A stretch of 64,000 nt of DNA, from contig CAZVKN010000012.1 of NCBI GenBank assembly GCA_964627035.1, positions 22,925 to 86,924 of the forward strand, given 5' to 3'. Below are positions 39,030-48,160 of the stretch, piece by piece (the first letter of the stretch is position 1; each line of letters opens with the position of its first letter). The notes below the pieces were generated by a model. The model did not search any database. It saw nothing but the letters and a program-made list of their open reading frames with translations, and was not told the origin of the DNA. Source of the stretch: an uncultured bacterium. GTDB lineage: Bacteria > Electryoneota > AABM5-125-24 > Hatepunaeales > Hatepunaeaceae. The position numbers and the translations under genes are program-made.

Positions 39030-39056
39030 GGTTGTCAACCACAGCGGGTTGACAAC
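39030..39056. repeat. family G hairpin copy 1
   Basis: gGTTGTCAACCacagcgGGTTGACAAC. Confidence 0.8.
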
Positions 39057-39101
39057 AGAATCCAAAGTAATTATCAGAACCGCATCATAAATAACCTCTA
39101 T

Positions 39102-40496
39102 ATGAGTATAACAACAAATAGTCCCGATACAGCAGTTAAAACGCTGCTTAGAGGGGAACAATCATTCCACAGCATTAGCGAATCCATCAGTGGAATCGTT
39201 GAGAATAAAACCAATGTGGTGTGGTGGATAGCCTTTCTGCTGTCAAGCTCGCTGATGATGGTGATGTTTACCATGATTGGCTATCTGATTTGGGAAGGAA
39301 CCGGAGTTTGGGGGATTCAGAATCCGGTCGGCTGGGGATGGGCAATTGTCAATTTTGTCTTCTGGGTCGGTATCGGTCATGCAGGAACTCTTATCTCCGC
39401 CATCCTGTTTCTTTTAAGGCAGAAGTGGCGTACCTCGATCAACCGCTTTGCCGAAGCGATGACTCTGTTTGCAGTGATCTGTGCTGCAATATGGCCCGGC
39501 ATTCATGTCGGTCGTGTATGGGTGGCGTACTGGTTCGCGCCAGTGCCTAACCAGATGGCAATGTGGCCCAATTTTCGCTCACCTCTGATGTGGGACGCAT
39601 TTGCAGTCAGCACATATTTTATATGTTCACTGTTGTTCTGGTATCTCGGTTTGGTTCCCGATCTTGCAACACTTCGTGATCGTGCGACAAACCGCATCCG
39701 CAAGATCTTTTTCGGACTGACGTCACTCGGATGGAGAGGTGGAAATCGGCAGTGGAAACATTACGAGCTGGCATATCTTATCCTCGCCGGAATTTCAACA
39801 CCTCTGGTTCTGTCGGTACACAGCATCGTCAGCACCGACTTTGCGACCTCGATTCTGCCCGGTTGGCACACGACAATCTTCCCACCGTATTTTGTCGCTG
39901 GAGCGATATTTTCCGGATTTGCCATGGTTATGACGCTGGCGATCCTTGCGAGATTGGTTTACCCGCCAATCAAGAATTTCATCACAGTTGACCATCTTGA
40001 GAAGATGTCGAAGATTATGATGCTGACCGGTATGTTGGTCGGATATGCCTACATGATGGAATTCTTCATTGCCTGGTACAGCGGTAATGATTACGAAATA
40101 TTTGCCTTCGTCCGCAGAGCTTTCGGACCCTACGCCTGGGCATACTGGATCATGGTCACATGCAACGTCATATCACCACATATTTTCTGGTTCAAGAAAC
40201 TAAGAAGATCTATTGCTGTTCTGTTTGTGATGTCAATCGTTGTCAATATCGGTATGTGGTTTGAACGGTTTGTCATCATTGTGACCACGCTGTCGGCTGA
40301 CTTTCTTCCCGCAGCTTGGGGATACTACAAACCGACATGGGTTGATATGGCTACATTTGCAGGATCGTTCGGGCTGTTTATGACTATGTTCCTGATATTC
40401 CTTCGCTGGCTGCCGATGGTTGCCATGTCTGAAGTGAAAGGTATTCTACCGGAAGCAGATCCTCATAATCCAGATTATCACAAGGGGGATCACTGA
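39102..40496 (+). CDS. actC: ACIII subunit ActC (NrfD/PsrC-like membrane subunit)
   Basis: 464 aa polytopic NrfD-family. Position in operon. Confidence 0.88.
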   Translation: MSITTNSPDTAVKTLLRGEQSFHSISESISGIVENKTNVVWWIAFLLSSSLMMVMFTMIGYLIWEGTGVWGIQNPVGWGWAIVNFVFWVGIGHAGTLISAILFLLRQKWRTSINRFAEAMTLFAVICAAIWPGIHVGRVWVAYWFAPVPNQMAMWPNFRSPLMWDAFAVSTYFICSLLFWYLGLVPDLATLRDRATNRIRKIFFGLTSLGWRGGNRQWKHYELAYLILAGISTPLVLSVHSIVSTDFATSILPGWHTTIFPPYFVAGAIFSGFAMVMTLAILARLVYPPIKNFITVDHLEKMSKIMMLTGMLVGYAYMMEFFIAWYSGNDYEIFAFVRRAFGPYAWAYWIMVTCNVISPHIFWFKKLRRSIAVLFVMSIVVNIGMWFERFVIIVTTLSADFLPAAWGYYKPTWVDMATFAGSFGLFMTMFLIFLRWLPMVAMSEVKGILPEADPHNPDYHKGDH

Positions 40497-41035
40497 TGAG
40501 TGACAAACACAAAGCTCAAGGGCTGCTCGCTCAGTTTGATAATCCGGCACATCTGCTCCTTGCAGCCGAAAAGGTACGCGATGCGGGATATAAGGATTTC
40601 GACTGTCACAGCCCATTCCCGATTCACGGTATGGACGATGCGATGGGGGAGAAGAAATCTAAAGTGAGTTTGATTGCCGGTATCGGTGCAATAATCGGCG
40701 GTAGCTCAATGGTGGCATTGACTTGGTGGGTTGGTGAATACGGCTATCCGATGATAATTTCCGGAAAGCCATACTTCGCCTATCAAGCATACTTCCCGGT
40801 AGTATTCGCTATTGCGGTGCTTCTCGCAGCATTTGGATCACTGTTTGGTTTTATGTCACTGATGAAACTTCGCTTTCATCATCCGGTTTTCTATTCTGAT
40901 AGATTTGCCAAAGTAACCGATGACGGATTCTTTGTTAGTATCGAAGCGACAGATTCACAATTCCATGAGGACAAAACAAAGTCATTCCTTGAAGAGATCG
41001 GTGGATCAAATGTGGAGGTATTGAAAGAGTCATGA
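40496..41035 (+). CDS. actD: ACIII subunit ActD
   Basis: 179 aa. Central TM hairpin. Operon position between actC and actE. Confidence 0.8.
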   Translation: MSDKHKAQGLLAQFDNPAHLLLAAEKVRDAGYKDFDCHSPFPIHGMDDAMGEKKSKVSLIAGIGAIIGGSSMVALTWWVGEYGYPMIISGKPYFAYQAYFPVVFAIAVLLAAFGSLFGFMSLMKLRFHHPVFYSDRFAKVTDDGFFVSIEATDSQFHEDKTKSFLEEIGGSNVEVLKES

Positions 41036-41586
41036 GAATAATAATATCAATACTCTGCATGATAATCACGCTGTTAAGCCTTGGCTGTCGGGGTAGCGAA
41101 TCTGATCAACCACCGATTCATCTAAATCCGAACATGGACATGCAACCCAAGTCATTACCTCAGTCTGAGAGTAAGTTTTTTGTTGATGGATCTGCAATGC
41201 GAATGCCCCCGGAAGGTGTTGTAGCCCGCGGGAAATCTGTTGTTGAAAAACCGATGCATTTTACTGAACAACAGCTTGAGTATGGGAAGGAGCGGTTCGA
41301 CATCTTTTGCTCGCGATGTCACGGTTTGGATGGAAAAGGGAAAGGTATTGTGATTGAAAAAGGTTTCTTACCTCCCCCTGATTTTCATAGTGACAAGGTG
41401 AAAAAATTCAGTGACGAGTACATTTACAACGTGATAACCAACGGTGTCCGCAATATGCCGTCTCATGCTGCTCAGATTCCTCCGAAAGATCGTTGGTTAA
41501 TTGTGAACCACGTGCGAGAACTTCAAAATAGTCCGGCAGCAGATCAGTCACAGGAAGTCGCTGGAGGTGAGAAAAGTGGATTATAA
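41032..41586 (+). CDS. actE: ACIII subunit ActE, monoheme cytochrome c lipoprotein
   Basis: Lipobox LSLGC. Single CSRCH plus distal Met. Confidence 0.82.
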   Translation: MRIIISILCMIITLLSLGCRGSESDQPPIHLNPNMDMQPKSLPQSESKFFVDGSAMRMPPEGVVARGKSVVEKPMHFTEQQLEYGKERFDIFCSRCHGLDGKGKGIVIEKGFLPPPDFHSDKVKKFSDEYIYNVITNGVRNMPSHAAQIPPKDRWLIVNHVRELQNSPAADQSQEVAGGEKSGL

Positions 41587-42751
41587 CAAGGAAACCTATA
41601 GACTTTCTGGTGACACCAGACTCACCAAACTCCCACTGATTATTGGGATAGTAGGTTTAGCTCTCAGTGCAATCGGCTATTCCACAAACCACGAGCAGTT
41701 CTTTCATTCATATCTGACTTCATACATCTTCTGGTTGTCTATAGGGTGGGGTGGACTGTTCTTCACAATGATACACCATCTGACAGGTGCGGTATGGAGC
41801 GTGGTCATTCGCAGGATTTCGGAGACATTGATGATGACAATCCCGTGGATGGCACTGCTGTTCCTGCCGCTGATACCCGGTCTGCACGATCTCTATCACT
41901 GGACGCATACCGCAGAAGTAGCACACGATGTTATTCTCCAGAAGAAAGCATCATATCTGAACATCTCGTTTTTCCTGATACGTGCTGCAGGTTATTTTAT
42001 TGTTTGGATAGTCCTGTCGAATCTGCTTTACAAAAAATCACTGAAGCAGGATGAAGATGGAGCAAAAGTCGGTAGTTTTCTGAAGATCAGCGCACCGGGT
42101 ATGATACTGTTTGGATTCACAGTAACCTTTGCTTCGTTCGACTGGCTGATGTCGCTCAATCCGCACTGGTATTCTACAATCTATGGTGTTTACATCTTTT
42201 CAGGTGGTGTGATGGCTATGTTCGCTTCAATTGCGATAGTCGCAACGTATCTGCAGAGTAGAGGCATCCTGAAAGAGACCATCACCACCGTGCATTACCA
42301 CGACCTTGGCAAGCTGCTGTTCGCATTCATGATCTTTTGGGCTTATATGGCGTTTTCACAGTATTTCCTCATCTGGTACGCAAATATTCCGGAAGAGACA
42401 GTTTGGTTTGCAGATCGGTGGAAAGGGTCGTGGAAAACAGTTTCATTGCTGATTGTGTTCGGACATTTCGTGATCCCATTCTTTGCATTGATCAGTCAAG
42501 CTGCAAAACGTAATCCGGTCAGATTGTCATTGATCGCTCTGTGGCTGCTGTTGATGCACTGGGTTGACCTGTATTGGAATGTTGTTCCTACTCTTCATCC
42601 CGACTCAGCGCATATTTCCTGGATGGATTTGACCACGATGGTCGGAATCGGCGGGATATTCCTTTGGCTATTTTGGCGACGGTTACTAACTAATCCACTC
42701 GTCCCAACCGGGGACCCGAATCTGCAGAAATCAATCAAATTTGTCAGTTAG
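41567..42751 (+). CDS. actF: ACIII subunit ActF (NrfD-like membrane subunit)
   Basis: 394 aa polytopic paralog of ActC. Overlaps the actE 3' end. A GTG at 41576 is also possible. Confidence 0.82.
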   Translation: MRKVDYNKETYRLSGDTRLTKLPLIIGIVGLALSAIGYSTNHEQFFHSYLTSYIFWLSIGWGGLFFTMIHHLTGAVWSVVIRRISETLMMTIPWMALLFLPLIPGLHDLYHWTHTAEVAHDVILQKKASYLNISFFLIRAAGYFIVWIVLSNLLYKKSLKQDEDGAKVGSFLKISAPGMILFGFTVTFASFDWLMSLNPHWYSTIYGVYIFSGGVMAMFASIAIVATYLQSRGILKETITTVHYHDLGKLLFAFMIFWAYMAFSQYFLIWYANIPEETVWFADRWKGSWKTVSLLIVFGHFVIPFFALISQAAKRNPVRLSLIALWLLLMHWVDLYWNVVPTLHPDSAHISWMDLTTMVGIGGIFLWLFWRRLLTNPLVPTGDPNLQKSIKFVS

Positions 42752-42766
42752 TTCTAACTTACCAGC

Positions 42767-42830
42767 AAAGGTTGGAACTTGAATATCTCAGATTCCAACC
42801 TTGTGTTGCAGAAATTTGATTTTCCTTTCT
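42767..42830 (+). terminator. rho-independent terminator after actF
   Basis: AAGGTTGGAA-16 nt-TTCCAACCTT followed by T-rich ...atttgattttcctttctt. Confidence 0.65.
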
Positions 42831-42909
42831 TGTAGTCTGTAGTGAATGTTGTTATCTTACGATAGACAGATAGTTTCAAAACCGAGAAAGTCCACTATTC
42901 CGGAGGTTT

Positions 42910-43758
42910 ATGATGGTTCGTCGAATCATGGTGCCGCTTGATCCGTCACCCTATGCAGCAGCAGCGTTGGAGTTTGCATGTCACATTGCCAAAAGTAACA
43001 ATGCTGAACTTACCGGCATGACCATACTGGATGTGCCCGGAATAAAGAAACATGTCGGACCGTCTCCAATTGGAGGGATGTATTACGCTGAACAACTGTT
43101 GGAGAAGTATAAGCGTGAAGCCGGTGAGCATATTGATGAGTTGGTGAAGAATTTTTCTGAAAGATGTGAAAAAGATGGGATCAATTATCGCCTTTCGGGA
43201 TATCAGGGCAGCCCGAGCCAAAGAATCAGCGAAGTCTCAATCTATTTTGATCTGATCGTTGCAGGTCTAAAGACCTATTATCGTTTTCGCAGCGAGGGCT
43301 CAAAAGGAAATTCAATTGATAACATCCTTGACCACTCTATAACCTCTATGATCGCCGTACCGAAAGATTTCCAACCTCCGGAAACGGACAAAAGGATGAA
43401 GGTGCTTGTCGCATTTGACGGATCAAAGCCGGCAGGAAGAGCGTTGCACCGATTCGCCGCAATGGGAGCTAATGATCAGTATGATATTGAGATATTGATG
43501 GCTCACTCCGATAAAGAGGTAGCCGAATACCATCTGGAGCGTGCAGCCCGGTATCTGACCGTTCATTCGTTTAAGAGCATAAAAACTCAATGGACTTCGA
43601 TGAGTGCGATCAATGCGGTCGAAGAGCTTTACATTGATCAGGTTCAGGCTGTTGTTCTCGGTGTCCATTCAAAGAAGAGTATCCTCGACTTCAGACTTGG
43701 AAGTCTTAGCAGACACCTGATCCAGAGAGCGGATAAATTGCTATATCTGGTTCAGTAG
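42910..43758 (+). CDS. universal stress protein, tandem UspA domains
   Basis: Two Usp halves (MVRRIMVPLDPSPYAAAALEFA...; KVLVAFDGSKPAGRALHRFA...). Confidence 0.8.
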   Translation: MMVRRIMVPLDPSPYAAAALEFACHIAKSNNAELTGMTILDVPGIKKHVGPSPIGGMYYAEQLLEKYKREAGEHIDELVKNFSERCEKDGINYRLSGYQGSPSQRISEVSIYFDLIVAGLKTYYRFRSEGSKGNSIDNILDHSITSMIAVPKDFQPPETDKRMKVLVAFDGSKPAGRALHRFAAMGANDQYDIEILMAHSDKEVAEYHLERAARYLTVHSFKSIKTQWTSMSAINAVEELYIDQVQAVVLGVHSKKSILDFRLGSLSRHLIQRADKLLYLVQ

Positions 43759-43764
43759 TAAATT

Positions 43765-43796
43765 CTGTAGTCGGACTTGTCTCAAGTCCGACATCG
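43765..43796. repeat. family A copy 6
   Basis: cTGTAGTCGGACTTGtctcAAGTCCGACatcg. Confidence 0.8.
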
Positions 43797-43805
43797 TTTA
43801 TTCCC

Positions 43806-43831
43806 GCTGTCAGGAACGGCGTCCTGACAGC
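43806..43831. repeat. family G hairpin copy 3
   Basis: GCTGTCAGGAacggcgTCCTGACAGC. Same ACGGCG loop and TGTCA/TGACA boxes as the other copies. Confidence 0.75.
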
Positions 43832-43872
43832 TACATATTTGACACCGTTTGTAAATCATTTCAGGAGCAGCA

Positions 43873-45240
43873 ATGCAGCAGATAATCGAGTACCTCCGCG
43901 CAAACCATGAGCGGTACCTTGATGAACTGAAAACGTTTCTTACTATTCCATCCATATCGTCCAGTCCCGAGCATAAGGACGAGATGCAGCGATGTGCTGA
44001 ACATGTCGCCGGGCATCTGAACGACATTGGAGCGAGCAACATCAAGGTCAATCCCACGAGAGGACATCCGGCAGTCACAGGCGAATGGATGGGGGCACCA
44101 GGTCGTCCGACGATATTGGTTTATGGTCACTACGATGTGCAACCTGTGGATCCGCTGGAACTGTGGGAGCATCCTCCGTTTGAGCCGCACGTGAAGGGTG
44201 ACAAACTTGTTGCGCGTGGAGCTACCGATGATAAAGGTCAACTTTTCATGCACATTAAGGCTGTGGAAGCGATCCTGAATCAGACGGGTGAGCTGCCCGT
44301 CAATGTGAAGTTTCTGTTTGAAGGCGAGGAAGAGATCGGCAGCCCGAATCTTACAGAATTTCTGAGGGATAACAAGGAAGCACTGAAAGCGGATGTCGTG
44401 GTTGTCTCGGATACCGATATGTGGGATGCCGGAATTCCTGCGATATGCTACGGTCTGAAGGGTTTGACGTTCCTCGAAATTGAAATGATCGGACCGAATG
44501 CTGACCTGCATTCAGGTGAGTATGGTGGCGCAGTTGCAAATCCTGCTGAGATCATGGCGCGGATGCTGGCATCGGTCAAGGACGAGAGCGGACGGATTCA
44601 AATCCCCGGCTTTTATGAATCTGTTCAGGAGCAGAGCGAAAAAGAGAAACAGTTGCTTGGAAAGATCCCGTGGGATGAAGAGGCTTACATGAAGAGGCTT
44701 GGTGTGGAAGAGTTGTGGGGAGAAGCGCCTTATTCAGCGATGGAGCGCGCATGGCTGCGCCCGACGTTTGAAATCAACGGCATCTGGAGCGGTTTCATCG
44801 GTGACGGAGCAAAGACGGTGCTGCCCTCAAAGGCAAATGCTAAAATTTCATGTCGTTTAGTTCCCGATCAGGAGCCTGAGGAGATCGAAGAGATTGTTAA
44901 AAAGTACTTTATAGAGAACTCTCCGAAATCAGTTAAGGTAAATGTGCAGCGATTTCATGGTGGTAAACCTTTCATAGTGCCACTCGACAACCCCTATATG
45001 GGTGCCGCAGCGAAGGCACTCAATGACACATTTGAGCATGAGCTGTACTACAAGCGCGGAGGTGGATCAATACCTATAGTAGCCGATTTCAAGGAGATAT
45101 TAGGCTTGGATACGCTGCTGGTCGGCTTTGGACTGCCGGACTGCAAAGCTCACTCGCCAAATGAAGACTTCCATATACCGACATTCCACACAGGCATGGA
45201 AGCCATTGTCAGATTGATGTATAACATTGGGGAGCTGTAG
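43873..45240 (+). CDS. M20-family metallopeptidase (dipeptidase / DapE-ArgE-like)
   Basis: HYDVQP...RGATDDKGQ metal and catalytic motifs and the M20 dimerisation domain. Confidence 0.85.
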   Translation: MQQIIEYLRANHERYLDELKTFLTIPSISSSPEHKDEMQRCAEHVAGHLNDIGASNIKVNPTRGHPAVTGEWMGAPGRPTILVYGHYDVQPVDPLELWEHPPFEPHVKGDKLVARGATDDKGQLFMHIKAVEAILNQTGELPVNVKFLFEGEEEIGSPNLTEFLRDNKEALKADVVVVSDTDMWDAGIPAICYGLKGLTFLEIEMIGPNADLHSGEYGGAVANPAEIMARMLASVKDESGRIQIPGFYESVQEQSEKEKQLLGKIPWDEEAYMKRLGVEELWGEAPYSAMERAWLRPTFEINGIWSGFIGDGAKTVLPSKANAKISCRLVPDQEPEEIEEIVKKYFIENSPKSVKVNVQRFHGGKPFIVPLDNPYMGAAAKALNDTFEHELYYKRGGGSIPIVADFKEILGLDTLLVGFGLPDCKAHSPNEDFHIPTFHTGMEAIVRLMYNIGEL

Positions 45241-45529
45241 CAGATAAAATTTACTTCGCACAAAATGATGTTTTCCTGATTGACAGATCGGCGTTTTGCG
45301 GAAAACAGACGGAATACAATAAGTTACAAAATTCACTATTCCGAGAAAGGCGGACAGAAGACGGAACGACTTAGGAAAAACGTGCGATATTTGCAAGAAT
45401 TAGCCTGATTCGGTGAGTTTTTCCGCCTTTTGTCCGTGTTTAATTTTGAAAAACGCTCTTTTATTCCTATTTGAAGCGGAATATTTGTGGAAATTTTAAG
45501 AAGTTTGAAAGTTAGCAACAAGAGATTCA

Positions 45530-45555
45530 CAGCAGATTCAGCGGATGAAGCAGAT
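45530..45555. repeat. left arm of 26-bp perfect inverted repeat
   Basis: cagcagattcagcggatgaagcagat. Reverse complement at 45702-45727. Confidence 0.85.
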
Positions 45556-45701
45556 GACAAAGAAGATGAGAAACCACCAAGGCTCCAAGACACTAAGAAG
45601 AATGTGCAAGTGTCAATTGAATTGATTTGGAAGAAATGTGGAGTTTCTCCCGTATCTCGGGATGTGCCCATTTACAACCTGAAGGTTGAACTCTGAACAC
45701 A

Positions 45702-45727
45702 ATCTGCTTCATCCGCTGAATCTGCTG
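45702..45727. repeat. right arm of 26-bp perfect inverted repeat
   Basis: atctgcttcatccgctgaatctgctg. About 146 bp of spacer between the arms. The LVIVD gene starts 89 bp downstream. Confidence 0.85.
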
Positions 45728-45815
45728 AGAATTCGCTCTCTTGCAATTCTGATGTTTCTGTTTATATTGCTTTTGTACAGGGTTTGATCTGTTCCCGAAT
45801 CATTAAGGAGGTATT

Positions 45816-47912
45816 ATGTATCGCTTGATTCTAATTTCAATTATTACACTCGCTGTATGGGTTGGAGTCGTCTCTGCACAGGACGCTGAAAACGTCGAAC
45901 AGGTTGGGAGGATTTATAATTATTGGTATTCTGCTTATGACATTGAAGTTTCGGGGAACTATGCGTATGTTGCGACCAGTGTTTCAGGACTTCAGATAGT
46001 GGACATATCTGATCCAAGTCAACCTGAAGTTGTTGGATATTATGATGATAATCTTGGCATGGCTGGTGGAGTAGGTGTATATGGTGATTATGCTTGTTTA
46101 GCTGATGATTCAAAATTAGTTATTATTGATATTTCGGATGTAAACAATCCTATGGAAGTTGAGATGTGTGATATATACGCTTCAAAAGTTGAGGTTATAG
46201 GTAGGTATGCTTATGTAACTGGAGGACGAGGTTTTTACGTAGTTGATCTGAACGATCTGGATAATCCTGAGATAGTTGGTCATTTGAATATCAACGCAAA
46301 CAATCTTGATGTTCTGGGAGATTTTGCTCTTTTGGCATCAGATAGAGAAGTTAATATAATAGACATCTCTGACCCAACTGAACCAGATGAGATTCGTTCA
46401 CTTGAAATCCCAGAAAATGAACGGGCACGAGATGTTAAAATATTTTGGAACTATGCCTATGTCGGTACGGATCGCTCGTTTAGAATATTTGATCTGAGAA
46501 CAAGAAGAGAGATTGGAGTTCTTGATTTAGGAGGGCAATTTAGTAGCAGTTCAATCGATATTTTGGGGCAATATGCTTTCTTAGGAGATGGTTGGTTAAG
46601 AGTAATAGATATTAGTGATCCTACCGAGCCAAATGAAGTAGGAAGGTTTGAAGACTACAGAGTTGGAACTATTGCGGTTGTTGGTGATTATGTTTACGGA
46701 GATGGTTTCCATGTAATTAGTATTGAAGACCCCGAAAATCCGGAAAGTGTTGGAGAGTTGAATACACATGGTCGGATTAGTAGTGTTACAGTCACAGGTA
46801 ATTATGCTTTCATCGGAGGTGGTGATGGGCTTAGAATTGTTTATCTAAATGATTCCTTAGAATTAGAACAGATTGGATTTTTTGATACTACTCCTGCTAC
46901 TACCAAGGGAATTGATGTTTCTGACGGCTGTGCTTTTATTGCGAATTGGTATAATGGGCTACGAATAATTGACATAAACGATCCTGCAAATCCTGTAGAA
47001 ATTGGGTTCTGTGATAGTATTGGACATGTCAACGATGTTACCATTTCTGGTGAATATGCATATCTATCAGATCAAAATGGTTTATTAAGAGTGATTTCTA
47101 TTGATAGTTTGCAGAATCCTGTAGAAGTTGCTTCCAATGATGCACCTAACGAACCAAATGCAATCACAATGTTTGAAGACTTTCTGTATATTGCTGATGA
47201 AGATGGTCTTCTAATTTACAACATCGAGGATCCAGAAAATCCTGAAGTGATTGGAGGTTTTCCGACTAGATCTAAGTTAAATGATGTATTCGTTGATGGT
47301 GAATATGCCTACGTAGCAAATCATGGGGATGGACTTCGCATTATTAATGTGTTTGATAATCCTGCAAGACCAATTCAGGTAGGTTGTTATGATGCAGAGA
47401 ACGACGTAACAAGTGTTATTGTCTTTGGAAATTTTGCGTATATTGCGGGCAGATATGCAGGTGTTAAAATAATCAATATCAGCGATCCAGAGAATCCTGA
47501 AGAAGTAGGTTACTACGATACTCCAGGTGATGCTACCGGAGTCGCCTTATCAAACAATGGAATAATCTACGCAGCTGACCAGACCAACCTTGGCATTTAC
47601 CGCTTCACCGACCCAGCAGGTGTAGATGATAATTTCATCCATCCTCCTTCATCCTTCACACTTCTCCCCGCATTTCCGAATCCGTTTAACTCGCATACTC
47701 GCATTACCTACAACTTACCAACCGAGACACACCTCGATCTTGGGCTGTATGACATCTCCGGTCGGCAGGTTATGACGCTGTTCTCCGGAGTCCGTCCGGC
47801 GGGAGTGTGGAGCGCGACACTCGATGGAAGTAATTTGACGAGTGGGCTGTATTTTATCAAGCTGAATTCAACAGAACAGCAACTTTCGCAGAAGGTGATT
47901 TTGGTGAAGTGA
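45816..47912 (+). CDS. secreted LVIVD-repeat beta-propeller protein with T9SS C-terminal sorting domain
   Basis: Signal peptide. About 14 repeats of the I(I/V)DISDP.NP.EVG type. C-terminal Por/T9SS CTD (...GLYFIKLNSTEQQLSQKVILVK). Strong SD. Confidence 0.85.
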   Translation: MYRLILISIITLAVWVGVVSAQDAENVEQVGRIYNYWYSAYDIEVSGNYAYVATSVSGLQIVDISDPSQPEVVGYYDDNLGMAGGVGVYGDYACLADDSKLVIIDISDVNNPMEVEMCDIYASKVEVIGRYAYVTGGRGFYVVDLNDLDNPEIVGHLNINANNLDVLGDFALLASDREVNIIDISDPTEPDEIRSLEIPENERARDVKIFWNYAYVGTDRSFRIFDLRTRREIGVLDLGGQFSSSSIDILGQYAFLGDGWLRVIDISDPTEPNEVGRFEDYRVGTIAVVGDYVYGDGFHVISIEDPENPESVGELNTHGRISSVTVTGNYAFIGGGDGLRIVYLNDSLELEQIGFFDTTPATTKGIDVSDGCAFIANWYNGLRIIDINDPANPVEIGFCDSIGHVNDVTISGEYAYLSDQNGLLRVISIDSLQNPVEVASNDAPNEPNAITMFEDFLYIADEDGLLIYNIEDPENPEVIGGFPTRSKLNDVFVDGEYAYVANHGDGLRIINVFDNPARPIQVGCYDAENDVTSVIVFGNFAYIAGRYAGVKIINISDPENPEEVGYYDTPGDATGVALSNNGIIYAADQTNLGIYRFTDPAGVDDNFIHPPSSFTLLPAFPNPFNSHTRITYNLPTETHLDLGLYDISGRQVMTLFSGVRPAGVWSATLDGSNLTSGLYFIKLNSTEQQLSQKVILVK

Positions 47913-47921
47913 GAAAGACTA

Positions 47922-47989
47922 ACCACCAAGGCACGAAGACACCAAGAAAACAGGATATATATTCTTGTGACTTTGTGTCCTGGTGGTGA
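47922..47989. repeat. family F imperfect palindrome copy 2
   Basis: ACCACCAAGgcacgaagacaccaag...cttgtgactttgtgtcCTGGTGGTga. Confidence 0.75.
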
Positions 47990-48103
47990 TATTGAATTAC
48001 CCCCCCTTACTCCCCCCCTACTTCGCAGGGGGGGAAGAATTTGGTGTGAATCAGGGAGAGATTCTTCGCGTTTGTTTAGAGAGACATTGAGATATGGCTA
48101 CAT

Positions 48104-48143
48104 ATAAAAAGCCACCCTCTCTAATTGAAAGGGTGGCTTTATT
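48104..48143. terminator. bidirectional rho-independent terminator between convergent genes
   Basis: aaaaaGCCACCCTctctaattgaaAGGGTGGCtttatt, with an A-run and a T-run flanking the stem. Confidence 0.8.
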
Positions 48144-48160
48144 AAGTCAAGTACAACTCG

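Noticed and set aside
45487-45696. 69-aa ORF between and including the left arm of the 26-bp inverted repeat
   Set aside because: It spans the IR arm and the AT-rich spacer. It has low-complexity acidic/basic composition (DEADDKEDEK) and no RBS. More likely non-coding sequence of the IR-bounded element.
48001-48034. Homopolymer tracts as a phase-variation switch
   Set aside because: Located between two convergent 3' ends, not in a promoter or coding region. More likely part of terminator or structural DNA.
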